A stretch of 64,000 bases of DNA from Heterodontus francisci (Eukaryota), in contig NW_027140807.1 in NCBI RefSeq assembly GCF_036365525.1, forward strand, positions 868,001 through 932,000. Reading direction: 5' to 3'. A program made the position numbers and the translations under genes. This document shows, in pieces, positions 51,520 through 64,000 of this stretch; the first letter of the stretch is position 1, and every line of letters starts with the position of its first letter. The notes under the pieces were generated by a model. The model worked only from the letters and a program-made list of their open reading frames with translations, did not search any database and was not told the DNA's origin.

Positions 51520-54500
51520 CTAAACATTGACAGAACTCACTTATGGGAGATAGACCTGTCTATCTGGGGTGTCATTCTATCACTCTGACTATCTGTCAGT
51601 TTCTATGTCTACTGTTGAATGAACTGGCTCTTTGACAGAGTTGTCTAACTAGTTCCCATTCACTGACTAGTTCTCCATTGCACTAATAAATCTCCCCTTC
51701 ATCTACTTCTCCAATTGACATCTGGAAGTTACTATTGGATGGTCTTCCACCGCCCTTTCAGTCAGTGCCCTCCACATGATAACAATTCACTGAGGAGAAA
51801 GATTCCACTCATCTCCCACTCTGGTTCCTTTCCCAATTACCTTCAATTCTTGGTTCCTGGTTTATCGACCCTCCTGACAGTAGATACAACCATCTGGATA
51901 CAGTTTCTCTATCAAGACACTTCTGACCACATCTTTCAAATCTCCCCTTACCCTCATTACTCTAATGGACACAAGTCCATACAAATAGGAAATGGTTGAT
52001 CTTGGAACCTTTAATCATGTCTCTGATGATTCAGACAGTGCAAAGGCGAAACACCTCTCCAGATCCGTCTCTGACTGGAACACCTGCCTCCAGACGGCGG
52101 CTTCAGCATCTGTTCAAAACTGTTAACCCATTTGTCTCTCAGTCTCTCGGGGTCTTTTGAAGAATTTTCACAGTGACTGGAGTTCAGTGCGGTGAAGAAC
52201 TTAACCCTTTAACTCCCGTTTAGCACAAGGGGGGAAATGAAACTGGCTTGGCCCTGAAACAAGGCAGCAGGTTGACGGGTCTTATTGGATCATAGAATCA
52301 TGCAGGATAGATCCAGGCCATTCAGCCCAACGATCCTGGCCTGGCTGTTCGAAAGAGCGACCTCCTCCCATCTCTCTCTATCTTGCACCATCAGCAGATT
52401 CTTCTATTCCTTTCTCACTCATGTATTTAATCAGCTCCCCCCTTAACTGCATCGTCTCTATTCGATCTCAACCCATTCCATTTGGTCGCCAATTCTACAT
52501 TCTCAACGTTCCCTGGGTTAAAGAACCTCCTCCTGAATTCCCAATTGGATTTATTAAGGACTACCTTACATTTATGATCCCTGGTTTTCACCCTCCCTGT
52601 CCAATTACTCCCACTCCCTTTTCTTTATGAATAACGCTGCACTTGATCTTGCAGCTTGTCTGCCTCCTTACCGACATGACAACAGTGCACTTCAATATGT
52701 ATTTGACTGGCTGAGGCTTGAGTGAAGCAGGGAGCTGTCAGGCCGAATGGCGCGGATCTGTGCCCTAACTTCCATCTAGTTCTGTGCCACAAGCGCCAAA
52801 ACGAGTCGAGTAGGAGAAGATAACTAATGACTGAAACAGGTTCAGGGTCTGACACTGAAACGCCTGCAGAATCGGTGCTTGCAGTTGCAGCTGGAGCCAC
52901 TAGGTGCCAGTGTTACTCCACTGCAGCCGCTGCCGAGAACATGCTCAGACAGAGTGAGCTTTCCCCACAGCAGCTCCACAGGTCAACTTGGCTGCTTCTG
53001 AAATTTTTCACTTCTCACCTATTTCACACAATATATTCCGGCAATGCGAAAAAAAAACTCAATGATTTGACATCCCGTAGATGAGCCTTTAATATGATTG
53101 TTTAGGGGGCATTAAGTGACATTTATATCATTCCAACCTTGAAATATTTGCACCCAGATGCCAGTTTGTAGATTTCCATGTTCTATTTTACAATTACTTT
53201 CTCCCAGGTGTTTGTAGGAAACTAGGAGAGAGCCTGAATTTCCATCGTGACTTTAGCACAACTCCCACATCTATCGTGCCAAGTCTAAAGTAACATTCCC
53301 CCCGCCCCCCACTCCCGTGCTCCCTGTTTCCAGGTGGAATAACGGGAGATCTGGTGCTCACTTCATGTGATCAAGTGAGAGACAGTTTTCAGAACAGAAG
53401 GCTTCACACTGACATGTTGTGATATCCTCACTGCGCTGGTGGAGGGGCTGTATTAATCAGGTCTGTTCATTGAGGAGGTGAAACTCAGTTTGTTGAGGTT
53501 TTCAGAGCGGGTTTGGACGGATGATTTCCTTCCCGAAAAGACATGAGTGAGCCAGCTGGGTGTCAGGACACCTTAACTGAGACTAGTTTTCAATTGCAGA
53601 TTTTCTGATGAAATAATTGCATTTATTCATTAATTGAATTTAAATTCCACCATCTGACCTGGTGGGATTCTAACGCATGTCCCCTGGAGATTCACCCCAG
53701 CCTCTGGTACACCAGCTCAGTGACATGACAACTACACCACCATCTGCCCCAGGCTAGTCTGGAACGTGGGGCCATCGGGCCGAATAGCCTGAATCTGTGC
53801 TGCAATTTCTATCTAATTCGATGTCACTAGCGTCACCAGCTGAAGCAATGGATAAAAAATGGGAAGACGGAGCAATTTCAAAGCATGTCTTCATAATGCC
53901 TATTTTATCAATTGCACTTTGCAAATCTCAGGTGCCTGTAGTTACACATTACAGCCACGAGATGGGGATGGAGCTCCACCGCAGCCTGAGTCCCACTTGC
54001 TTCTGGAGAGACTGAGCGAGCAATGCAGCAGTGACTTGACCCATCTACCTAATAGTCAATTCCACTAACTCTGAAACAGATTAAAATCATAACCATTCCA
54101 CACAAAATAGACAACTGGATTTCCCCAAGTCTGCTCGTTCATAGTGACTGGTTTGACCAACACTTGTGATATACTAAAACAGATGATCTGAAGGAAGTAA
54201 AGAGGGGAAGCAAAGTCAGAAAACAGTGAAAGAAAAATGGAGAAGGAGGAATTTTATATAAAGAAGCACATATTCAGGGATGTGCACATCACTGACAAGG
54301 TCAAAATTCATTACCTATGCCGAATTGCCCTGAACTGAATGACTTGCTAGCCCATCTCAGAGGCAGTTAACAGTGAACTACATTGCTATCAGGTGATTCA
54401 TTTTGGCAGAAGGGAGACAGAGAGGAAATACAGACTTAATGACACAGGCCTGAAGAGTGTTCAAGGACAGAGGGACCTGGGGGTTAATGTGCATAGATCT

Positions 54501-56512
54501 TTGAAGGTGGCAGGACATATGGAGAGAGAGGTTCACAAAGCTTATGGGATCTCGAGATTTATAAATAGAGGTGTAGAGTTCAAAAGCAGAGAGATTGAGC
54601 GAAACATTTATAAGGCTCTTGTTCGGCCCCAACTTGAGTATTGAGTCCAGTTCTGGTCACTACACTTGAGGAAGGTTGTAGGGTCCTTGAGAGGGTGTAA
54701 AGGAGATGGATTGGGATGGTTCCAGGGATGAGAGATTTTAGCTGCATGATTCGGTTGTTGAAGCTGGGGTTGTTCTCCTTGGAGCAAAGGAAATTGAGGG
54801 GAGATTTGATAGAAGTGTACAAAATGAAGAGAGGTTTAGGTAAAGTAGACAATGAAAAGCTGTTCCCATGAGCTGATGGGTACAAGGGCTCGGGGACACA
54901 GATGTACGGTTTTGGGCAAGAGATACAGGGGTGAGGTGAGGAATATCTTGTTTACGCAGTGAGGTGTAATGACCTGGAACTCACTGCCTACCAGGGTGGT
55001 GGAATCAGAGAGAATGAATGATTTCAATATGAAAATAGACAGGAACTTGGAGAGAAATAAACTTGCTTGAGGAATGGGACAAACTGGATTTCTGTACAGA
55101 GAGCCCGCATGGACTCGAAGGGCCAAACAGGCTCCTTCTCTGCTGTTCTGCCCCCGTACCCCGCCCCCAACAAGAGGAAGCAGTTTATCTCTATCTACCC
55201 TGTCAACCCATTCAATCGTTTTAAACACCTCAGTCAGATCACCGTTTAATCTTCTCTACCTGAGGGAATAAAGAACAAGCAATGTAAACATGTTGGGTGT
55301 TGCATTTCCTTCACACTTGATTGACTGATCAAAGATATTTTCAGATTCTCCGACCACAGGAAATCGATCATAGAATCAGAGACTGGTTACAGTATAGAAG
55401 GAGGCCATTCGGCCCATCGAGTCCATGCTAGCTCTCTGCAAGATCAACCCAGCTAGTGCAACTCCTCCTATCTCCCCTGTTCATTCAATTTGTCGCCTTA
55501 ACCACCTGTAAGTTCCTCTGCACTGTTTCCTTTGCATGCTGTTGTGGAAGGACTTTGTCAGCACAATACAGCAACAGAATCGCATTGTACAGAGAGACAC
55601 AGAGACAGGAAAGGCACCGTCAGGATGTGTGGTTATCAGAGTGCAGCTGTAAATGTTTCAACATGTTCCCGGATGCAGCAAGAAAGAGAAACAGCCTGTT
55701 CTGTGGGTTTACCCTACACACATTTGTATTTTTCCACTCCTAGGGCTGAGGCAAAACAGTAGGTTAAAGGGTAAGGTAGCAAAGTGTTATGTTACTGGGC
55801 TAGTAATATAAGGGCCTGGGCTGATATCCTGGAGATGTGAATTCAAATCCCAGCATGCTAGATTATTTCTATTCCCTTCATTAGATAAAGCTGGAATTGA
55901 TGAAAAGCTGCTCTCAGTCACGGTGAACATTAACCTACTGTCTTGGACTAAAACCTCATCTGTCACAGAGAGAAGGATACCTGCCATCCTTATCCGGTCT
56001 GGCTGAAGAGGTGACTCCAGTCCCACAACAATATGGTTGATTCTTAAAGGGCCCTCTGAATTGGCCGGGCAAGACAGTCGCTCGTACAAAAGCTGTGATG
56101 GGCACAGACAGCAATGGGGGTGGGCTCATCGCCGCCTTCTCAAGGGCAGTGAGGTGGTGGGCACTGAATGCTGCATAACAGTGTCACAACCACATCCTGT
56201 GACTGAAAGCAGATAGAGAGATTCAGAAAGAAAATAGAATAGAGGCCTCAACACGGGTGTTTTTACACTGCGTGACCATTCCCCACTCCCAGACACATCA
56301 TCTGGCCTGTTTCAATCTTTCCCCTCACTGCTCCGTTGCTAACCCCAGCCTCCTCCATTCACGCGATACATGCACAGTCACTTGGGGGAGCTGCCATCCA
56401 GCATCCCTCATTAACATTCCCCAGTAACCCTCCATCCTAAACTCCCACAAAATGCTCATGTGCCTGCTGTGTTATTTCTACCAGCTTCACCAATCCCTTT
56501 CCACTCTCAATA

Positions 56513-57190
56513 TGTTGAGGGTTTTCTCCTGCTGAGGTTGTTGTAGAATTTTTTGGTGTTTTTCTCAGACTGAAATTGTTGTTTTATTTGTTGGTGCCTT
56601 CTTCTGATTGAAGTTGTTGTTGAAATTGTTGCTGTTTTTCACCTGTTGAGGTTGTTGTTGAATTTGTTGGTGTTTATCTCCTGCTGAAGTTGTTGTTCAA
56701 TTTGTTGCTGTTTTTCACCTGCTGAAGTTGTTGCTGCATTTGATGGTGTTTTTCACCTGTTGAGGTTGTTGTTGAATTTTGTGGTGACTTTTCCTGCTGA
56801 AGTTGTTGCTGCGTTTGTTGGTGTTTTTCATCTGTTGAGGTTGTTGTTGAATTTGTTGGTGTTTTTCTCCTGCTGAAATTGTTGATTTTGTTTCCTGCTA
56901 ATGTCGTTGAATTTATTGGTGTTTTTCACCTGCTGAGGTTTCTGTTGAATTAGTTGGTGTTTATCACCTGTTGAAGTTGTTGTTGAATGTTCTGGTGCTT
57001 TTTCCTGCTGAGGTTGTTGTTGAGTTTGTTGGTGTTTTTCACCTGGTGAGGTTGTTGTTGAGTTTGTTGGTGTTTTTCTCCTGTTGAAATTGTTGTTGAA
57101 ATTGTTGATTTATTTTCCTGCTAATGTTGTTGAATTTATTGGTGTTTTTCACCTGCTGAGGCTTTTGTTGATTTTTTTGGTGTTTTTCTC
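56513..57190. repeat. GTT-rich degenerate minisatellite
   Basis: Same unit family as 19523-19800. Confidence 0.88.
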
Positions 57191-57672
57191 ATGAGCTGAT
57201 GGTACAAGGACGAGGGGACATAGGTTCTTTTGCCCATGATTTCAAATCTGTGCCCCTCTGGTTACCGACCCTCCTGTCACTGCAAACAGTGTCTCATTAC
57301 TTACCCTATCAAAACCCCTCATGGTTCTGAACACCTCTATTGAATCTCCTCTTCACCTTCTCTGTGAAGAGGAAGACAGTCCTAACTCTTCCAAACTCTC
57401 CAAATAATCTACACCTCCACACATTGCACCCTTCAGGGGATTCCCGAACCTCTGGAATTGCTTGCACATTGCAAGTCATTGCTGTCCATTCAATATTCTT
57501 CACAACTAAGGAGGAACAATGTGCTTTGCATTGAGAAACAAGAGGTTCTATTGGACGGTCATGCAGTGACGGCATCTCCGCACTTCAACACCAGAGGAGG
57601 CGCAGAGGGAGGTAGAGAGGTCTGCAGAGTGTGACAAGGGGGCTGAGATAGGAGGCTTCAAATTCCCACATC

Positions 57673-57718
57673 ATGCTGTGTACTGTTTACCTACACCTGC
57701 TGTTTCTGCTGCTCCCAG
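57673..57718 (+). pseudogene. Orphan family-F leader exon with no V exon of its own
   Basis: MLCTVYLHLLFLLLP+G|gttact, same peptide as the leaders at 58500 and 61909. Confidence 0.8.
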
Positions 57719-58499
57719 GTTACTGCTCCTATTTGGAGGGTAATTCGGGAACCAGTTAATCAGCTTTGAACATCAGCAACTCTTGTTGATATGAAAAGGT
57801 TCCAATCAGGTAAATCCTTCAGAGCTTTGGTTTTGCTATTGATTTCGAGCAGATTCAGTTCTGCTCAGCGGACACCGAGCCTCCAGACATTCTCTGGTTC
57901 TTTGATGAATCACCTTCAATCCGTGTCCCATGTTTACTGACCCTTCTACCATTGCAAACAGATTCTCCTTATTTACTCTATCAAAACCCTTCCTGATTTT
58001 GAACCTCTATATCAAATCTCCTCTTAACCTTCTCTGCTCTAAGGAGGACAGTCCCAGTTTCTACATTACTAATACAGCTGTCCTATGATGGGGAAGGTTT
58101 ATACAGAGAGGTCTGGCTTAACTATCCACTCACTGGCCACCTGAAATGCTGATTGGTGAAATGAGTTCTCCCCCATGAGTTTCTACAGTCACTTCACATC
58201 ACATATCTCTCTTTAAAGTACATATTTGTCAACCGTTCCAATCTTTCTGAACATCCCCAAACCCTGCAATAGATGGGACTTTGCAAGTCAGTCCTGTGTC
58301 ATTCTAATTCTTACATTCAGACATTGGAAAGGAGGATCTGATTTGCTTGGATACACAAGGGTCGTTCTATTGGTTGCCCTTGCAATAACGTCACTTGCAC
58401 CCTAGATGACAAAGACATGTGCAGGACCAATAGGACTGCAGTGTGTGTGAGAGCGGGACGAAGCTGGAAGGTTGAAAGCACGGTTCACATTCCTGCATC

Positions 58500-59666
58500 A
58501 TGCTGTGTACTGTTTACCTCCATCTACTGTTTCTGTTGCTCCCAGGTTACTGCTCCTACTTGTAGGGAAATCCGGGACCGGATTAATCTGCTTCTGGACA
58601 ACATCAATTCTCGTTGTTGCTGAAAGTCTTCAAACAGTTCGATCACTTGGAGGATTCTTCACTGTTTGAAGCAGTGAATTGTTCTGCTCTGGAATACATT
58701 GTCTGAAAGCCGGGTGGATGCAATTGCAACCTTTTCTTTAAAAAAAAAGAGAGACCTGGATAAATTCCTGAATGGGCAATATTTGCAGGACTCTGGGTAA
58801 AGAGCAGGGGAGTTGGAATATTTGGAAAGGTTCTTCAAAAAGCTAGCACAGGGGCGATTGGCCGAAGGGCCTCCTGCTGAGCTGTATCATCTCTGGCTCT
58901 TTAAATGCCTTTCTTTTGGGTCCTAATTGTTTCTTACTCTGTTCAATAATAAATGTAACTTGCCTTGTTCGCCCTGCCCATTACCTGAAGGTTGGCCAGT
59001 CCTAGGCAGCTGATTATGGGCACATTGCCCACAATGTCAATGAGCTGACCCAGTCAGTGTCGCTGGACTGGCGGACGGTGCAAGGACATTGCAATAGAGC
59101 CAGTGTTGGCGGCGGGGAAAGTGGGCAAGCTGGCTGACTTTTGTCCTCCCCAGCAATGGGCACAGAGGCCAAGTGCAGCGATTTGGGCGCATCTGCAGGT
59201 GTGCCCAGCGGATACTGAGCCTCCAGAGATGACCGGTCTGTATGTTTGTTCAGTGAACTGATGGACTGTGGCGTGCATCGCAATTTTAAACATTAAGTAT
59301 CTCTCTGTCCTTACTGTGCCTATTTAAATGTTTGATCCGATCTGTTTCTCATGTTCCTCCACAGCTCGGTCCAGGAGTGCCCTCCTTACTCAGTGGGGGA
59401 ACCGGTTGATGGTCGCAGAGGGGACAACTGCGGAAATGCACTGTTTCCAGAATGACACCAACGAGAGTTACATGTACTGGTATCGCCAGCAGAGCGGAGC
59501 AGGGTTACAGCTCATAGTGAACTCGATTGGTACATCTGATCCCAGGCCTGAAGAGGGTTTCAAGGAGAGATTTAAAGTCACCAGACCCGATTTTAAATCC
59601 TGCAGCCTGAAAATACTGAGGGTGGATCAGACTGACAGGGCGGTGTATTACTGTGCTGCTAGTGAT
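58500..59666 (+). CDS. TRBV: TCR beta V family F #1 (leader 58500-58545, V exon 59365-59666)
   Basis: Cys, WYRQ, YYCAASD; weak donor gttact. Confidence 0.88.
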
Positions 59667-59705
59667 CACAGTGATTCAAACAGGTGCAGGGCTGGGTCAA
59701 AAACA
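59667..59705 (+). other. 23-RSS
   Basis: CACAGTG-23bp-TCAAAAACA. Confidence 0.92.
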
Positions 59706-59779
59706 TACCACCCTCTTATACTGTGAGCTGTTAGAGAGGAAAAGTCAAGTAGGGAAACATGGAAACACAGAAAATAAGA

Positions 59780-60900
59780 GCAGGAGAATTCCACAGGTTC
59801 ACCACCCTCTGAGTGTGGACATTTCTCCTCATCTCTGCTGTAAATGACATCCCCTGTATTCTGAGACTGTGACCCCTGGTTCTGGACTCCCCAGCCATCG
59901 GGAACATCCTTCCTGCTTCTAGCCTGTATAGTCCTGTTAGAATCTTAGAGGTTTCTACGAGATTCCCTCTCATTCTTTTAAACTCTAGTTAAGATAGGCC
60001 TAGTCGGCCCAATCTCTCCTCATACGTCAATCCTGCCATCCCAGGAATCAGCCTAGTAAATCTTCTTTGTACTCCCTCCATGGCAAGAACATCCTTTCTC
60101 AGATAATGAGACCAAAACTGCACACAATACTCCAGATCTGATCTCACCAAGGCTCTGTATAACTGCAGTAAGACATCCTTGCTCCTGTACTCAAATCCTC
60201 CTGCAACGAAGGCCAACATACCATTCGCCTTCCTAATTGCTTTCTGCACCTGAATGCTTGCTTTCAGCAACTGGGGTACAAGGATCCCCAGGTCTCACTG
60301 AACCTCCCCTTTCCCAGTCGATCACCATTCAGTTACTCATTGCCTTTCTGTTTTTACAACCAAAGTGGACAACCTCACATTTATCCACATTATACTGCAT
60401 CTACCATGCATTTTCCCACTCAGCCAACTTGTCCAAATCATATTGGAGTCTTTTTGCATCCTCCTCACAGCTCACATTACCCCTAGCTTTGTGTCATCTG
60501 CAGACTGGGAAATGTTACATTTAGTTCCTTCACCCAAGTCATTTATATATATTGTGAATAGCTGGGGCCCAAGCACTGATCCCTGTGATACCCCACTAGT
60601 CACTGCCTGCCTCCTGGAAAAAAGACCCACTTATTCCTACTCTCTGTTTCCTGTCTGTCAACCAATTTTCATTCCATGCCAGTATATTACCCCCAATCCC
60701 ACGTTCTGTAATATTGCACACTTACCTCTTATGTGGGACCTTATTAAAATCTTTCTGAAAATCCAAATACACCAGATCCACTGGTTCTCCCTTATCTATT
60801 CTACTTGTTAAGTCCTCAAACAACTCCAGTAGATTTGTTAAGCATGATTTCCCTTTCGGAAACAAATGCTGACTTGGTCCAATCCTGTTTATACTTTCCA
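59780..60900 (-). mobile_element. Degenerate CR1 ORF2 fragment
   Basis: LEYCVQFWS, VQRRFTRLIPG, QRVVNLWNS remnants. Confidence 0.85.
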
Positions 60901-61794
60901 GGAGAGATCATAAAGACAACTGTTCCTGGATGGAGCTTTGGGAAGTTTTCCAAACCCAGCAGAATGTGGAATATTCCAATAGATTCTAAGTGCTCCCTGA
61001 GTGACAGTTCAATATCCAAAGACTCATTTCAGTACTTTCCAAAGCAGAGGAAATAATCTCCAGAGAAGTTGAAAATCATACAGAACAGTAGAGGCTATTC
61101 GGCCCATCGTTCCTGTGCCAACATTTTAAAAGATCTACTTATTTCATCCCACGATACACTCTATCCTCAATGGGTGGCAGATATTTCCTGTTCAAATATA
61201 CATCCCAATCTCTTTTGAAAGTGACTTTTGAATCTGCTTCCACCATCCTTTCAGGCAGTGCATTCCTGATCAGAATAACTCACCAAGTGAAAGAAAAAAA
61301 CTCCTAATCTTCCCTGTTGCTCTATTAAGAATTCTTTAATTCTTGTCCTCTCTTTACCGCCCCTTCTGCCACTGCAAACAGTTTCCCCTTAATTACTCTA
61401 TCGAAACCCTTCCTTATTTTGAACCTCGATCAAATCCCCTCTTAACCTTCTCTGCTCCTCCGGAGGACAGTTCCAGTTTCTGCATTACTAACACTGCTGT
61501 CCTATGATGGGAAAAGTTTAGAAAGGGTCCCCTGGTTTGACTATCCGCTCACTGGTCTTCTGAGATACCGAGTGGTGAAATGAGGTCTCCCCCGGGAGAT
61601 TCTGCAATCAATTCAGGTGAGATATCTCTCTATAAAACACATATATGTCAACCATTCCTATCTTTATGAACATCCCCAAACATTGCAATAGATGGGACTT
61701 TGCAAGTCAATCCTGTGTAATTCTAATTCTTACACCCACAAATATGAAAGAACCATCTGCTTTGTTGGATATACAAGGAAGGTTGCCCTTGCAA

Positions 61795-61804
61795 TGACGT
61801 CACT
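61795..61804 (-). promoter_or_regulatory. CRE-type TCR V-beta promoter decamer
   Basis: TGACGTCACT = revcomp AGTGACGTCA, ~105 bp upstream of the ATG, adjacent ETS-like ACTTCCG and CCAAT; variant TAACGTCACT at 58386. Confidence 0.7.
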
Positions 61805-61908
61805 TCCGCATTGCTTCACAAAAGCAGGCTGTGCACCAATAGGACTGCAGTGTGTGTGAGAGCTGGACCAAGCTGGAAGGTTGAAAGAAGGGTTCACATT
61901 CCTGCATC

Positions 61909-62570
61909 ATGCTGTGTACTGTTTACCTCCATCTACTGTTTCTGCTGCTCCCAGGTTACTGTTCCTACTTGGAGGGAAATTCAGGCCCCAGTTAATTAGC
62001 TTTGAGACACAATTCCTGTTGATATCGAAGGGCTCCAATCAGTTAGAGATTTACTGGTTTGGTTTTGCTGTTGAGGACAAGTGTCGTTATTTAGCGCCAC
62101 TGCAGTTGTGCTCAGCGATTCTGGGAATCAGCACATGACCCCTGTGCTGGGGCGTCAGCGGGCTGATCGACTGTAGTGTGCATCGGGAGGTTTACCATTA
62201 AAGCTCTCTCTCTCTCCTCATTGTGTCTGTTCTCTTTGACCCGATCTGTTTCTCATGTTCCTCCACAGCCCGGTCCTGGAGCGCTCTCGTTACCCAGTGG
62301 GGGAACCGGCTGACGGTCGCAGAGGGGAAAACGGTGGAAATGCACTGTTTCCAGAATGACACCAGCGAGAGCTACATGCACTGGTATCGCCAGCAGAGCG
62401 GAGCAGGGTTACAGCTCATAGTGACCTCGATTGGCACCTCTGATTCCAGGCCTGAAGAGGGTTTCAAGGAGAGATTTAAAGCCACCAGACCCGATCTTAA
62501 AACCTGCAGCCTGAAAATACTGAGGGTGGATCAGACTGACAAGGCGGTGTATTACTGTGCTGCTAGTGAT
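61909..62570 (+). CDS. TRBV: TCR beta V family F #2 (leader 61909-61954, V exon 62269-62570)
   Basis: Cys, WYRQ, YYCAASD. Confidence 0.9.
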
Positions 62571-62609
62571 CACAGTGATTCAAACAGGTGCAGGGCTGGG
62601 TCAAAAACA
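62571..62609 (+). other. 23-RSS
   Basis: CACAGTG-23bp-TCAAAAACA. Confidence 0.92.
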
Positions 62610-63114
62610 TACCACCCTCTTATACTGTGAGTGTTAGAGAGAAAAACTCAAGTAAGCAGAGCTCATAAAGTCAGCTGTTCATTGATGAAACTTTGCAGAG
62701 TTTTCCATCAACTTTCAGAGTGTAGATATTTCCTGTTCAAATATATTTCCCAATCTCCTTTCTAAGTTACTGTTGAATCTGCTTCCTCCATCCTTTCAGG
62801 CATCGCATTCCTGATCAGAATAACTCAACAAGTTAAAAGAAAAATCTCTTCGTCTGTGCTGGTATTGTCTGTGTGAGTCTGCATCTCTATCTTTCAGCTT
62901 GCAAACAGCTCTCGAAGTGATAAATGGATGGCTTGGTTCTGCTGAAAGACAGAGCCATCAAAGTCCGGAAGGATAGATACATCTTATTATCTTAGAATAT
63001 CACCCTGTACCGTTTAAACCGACCATTGTTGTGTTTATCACAAATTTTACCCAATCTTGATCATCCGGTTAGCAATCAAGTTACTGCCACTTATCATCGA
63101 CATTCCTAATCACA

Positions 63115-63755
63115 GAATCAGAAAATTGGTACAGTACAGGTGGCCATTCGGCCCATTGTGTCTGAACCGGCCCTCCGAATGAGCAATTCACTCAGTCCCA
63201 TTCCCTTGCCTTCTCCCCGTAACCCTGCACATTCTTCCTTTTCATAATTCCCTTTTGAATGCCCCGATTGCACCTGCCTGCACCATGCTCTCTGGGCCTG
63301 CACTCCAGACATTAACCATCCACTTTGTGAAACAATTTTTTCCTCATGTCACTTTTACTTCTGTTTCCAATTAGTTTAAATCTGTGCCCTCTCATTGTCC
63401 ATCCTTTCACGAGTGGGAGCAGTTTCTCTCTATCTGTTCTGTCCCGACACCTCATGATTTTGACTCCCTCTATCATACCACCTCTCAGCCTTCTCTTCTC
63501 CAAGGAAAGCAATCCCAACTTCTCCAAATTATCATCATAACTGAGGTCCCTCACCCGTGGAACCATTCTCCTGAATCTTTTCCTCACTCTCTCCAATGCT
63601 TTCATTTCTTTCCTCAAGTGCAGCTCCCAGAACTGGACACAATACTCCAGCTGAGGCTGAACTAGTGTCTTGTACAAGTTCAACTTATTTCCTTGCTCTT
63701 GTACTCTATGCCCCTTTTAATAAAGCCCAGGATACTGCATGCTTTATTAACTGCT
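63115..63755 (-). mobile_element. Degenerate CR1 3' fragment
   Basis: LYKTLVQPQLEYCVQFW, LGLLSLEKRRLRG. Confidence 0.85.
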
Positions 63756-64000
63756 GTCCAGTGCCAATCATGAATAATGTTTGTGGTTAATCTGCGTCTC
63801 AGTATCTTTTTATTGACAAACCGCTAACGTATCCATCTCATTTTCAGAAATTATATTTGGATATCCCTAGGTAGAGCAATCCCCACCTTCTTGGAACGCA
63901 CTGTCTCATAACTGCGTTCAATTCAGGTACTTTGGCCTGAGGAAGGCGCAGCAGGAACTCCCAGGCGCTGGGGCCGAGCTTTCAGATGAAACTTGGGCCA

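Larger units (their letters stand above)
38219..55150 (+). repeat. Segmental duplication of ~1-26140, rearranged
   Basis: Near-identical sequence at ~38.16 kb offset (e.g. 331-2500 vs 38490-40660) with the same order of V families and TE fragments. Confidence 0.93.

Noticed and set aside
1-64000. Assignment as IgH, IgL, IgNAR or NAR-TCR; presence of D/J/C segments
   Set aside because: No closely linked D-J-C clusters, no 12-RSS-flanked segments or FGxG J motifs noticed, and all V exons have leaders and TRBV-type motifs. This was a visual scan only.

Overview
Vertebrate genomic DNA, most likely a shark (cartilaginous fish) judging by the SINE/CR1 content and V-domain sequences. It is the V-segment region of a T-cell receptor beta (TRB) locus. 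All on the + strand, I find 16 complete V segments (phase-1 leader exon, intron, V exon, 23-bp-spacer RSS) in six families (my labels A-F), one 3' V relic with an intact RSS, and one orphan leader exon. No D, J or C segments are visible. Four segments look defective: one frameshift, one loss of the first Cys plus a degraded RSS, and two heptamers mutated in CAC. Much of the window is a ~38-kb-period segmental duplication remodelled by unequal crossover. It also holds a young 5'-truncated CR1 LINE with intact ORF2, many older LINE/SINE fragments, microsatellites and three N gaps. The most striking unexplained structure is a same-orientation CTCF-type motif 3' of the RSS in families A, B, C and E. 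In family A this motif has been amplified into a 45-bp minisatellite starting ~37 bp past the nonamer (1, 1, 2, 8, 1 and 13 copies), which may tune V-segment access to RAG. Function is inferred, not shown.
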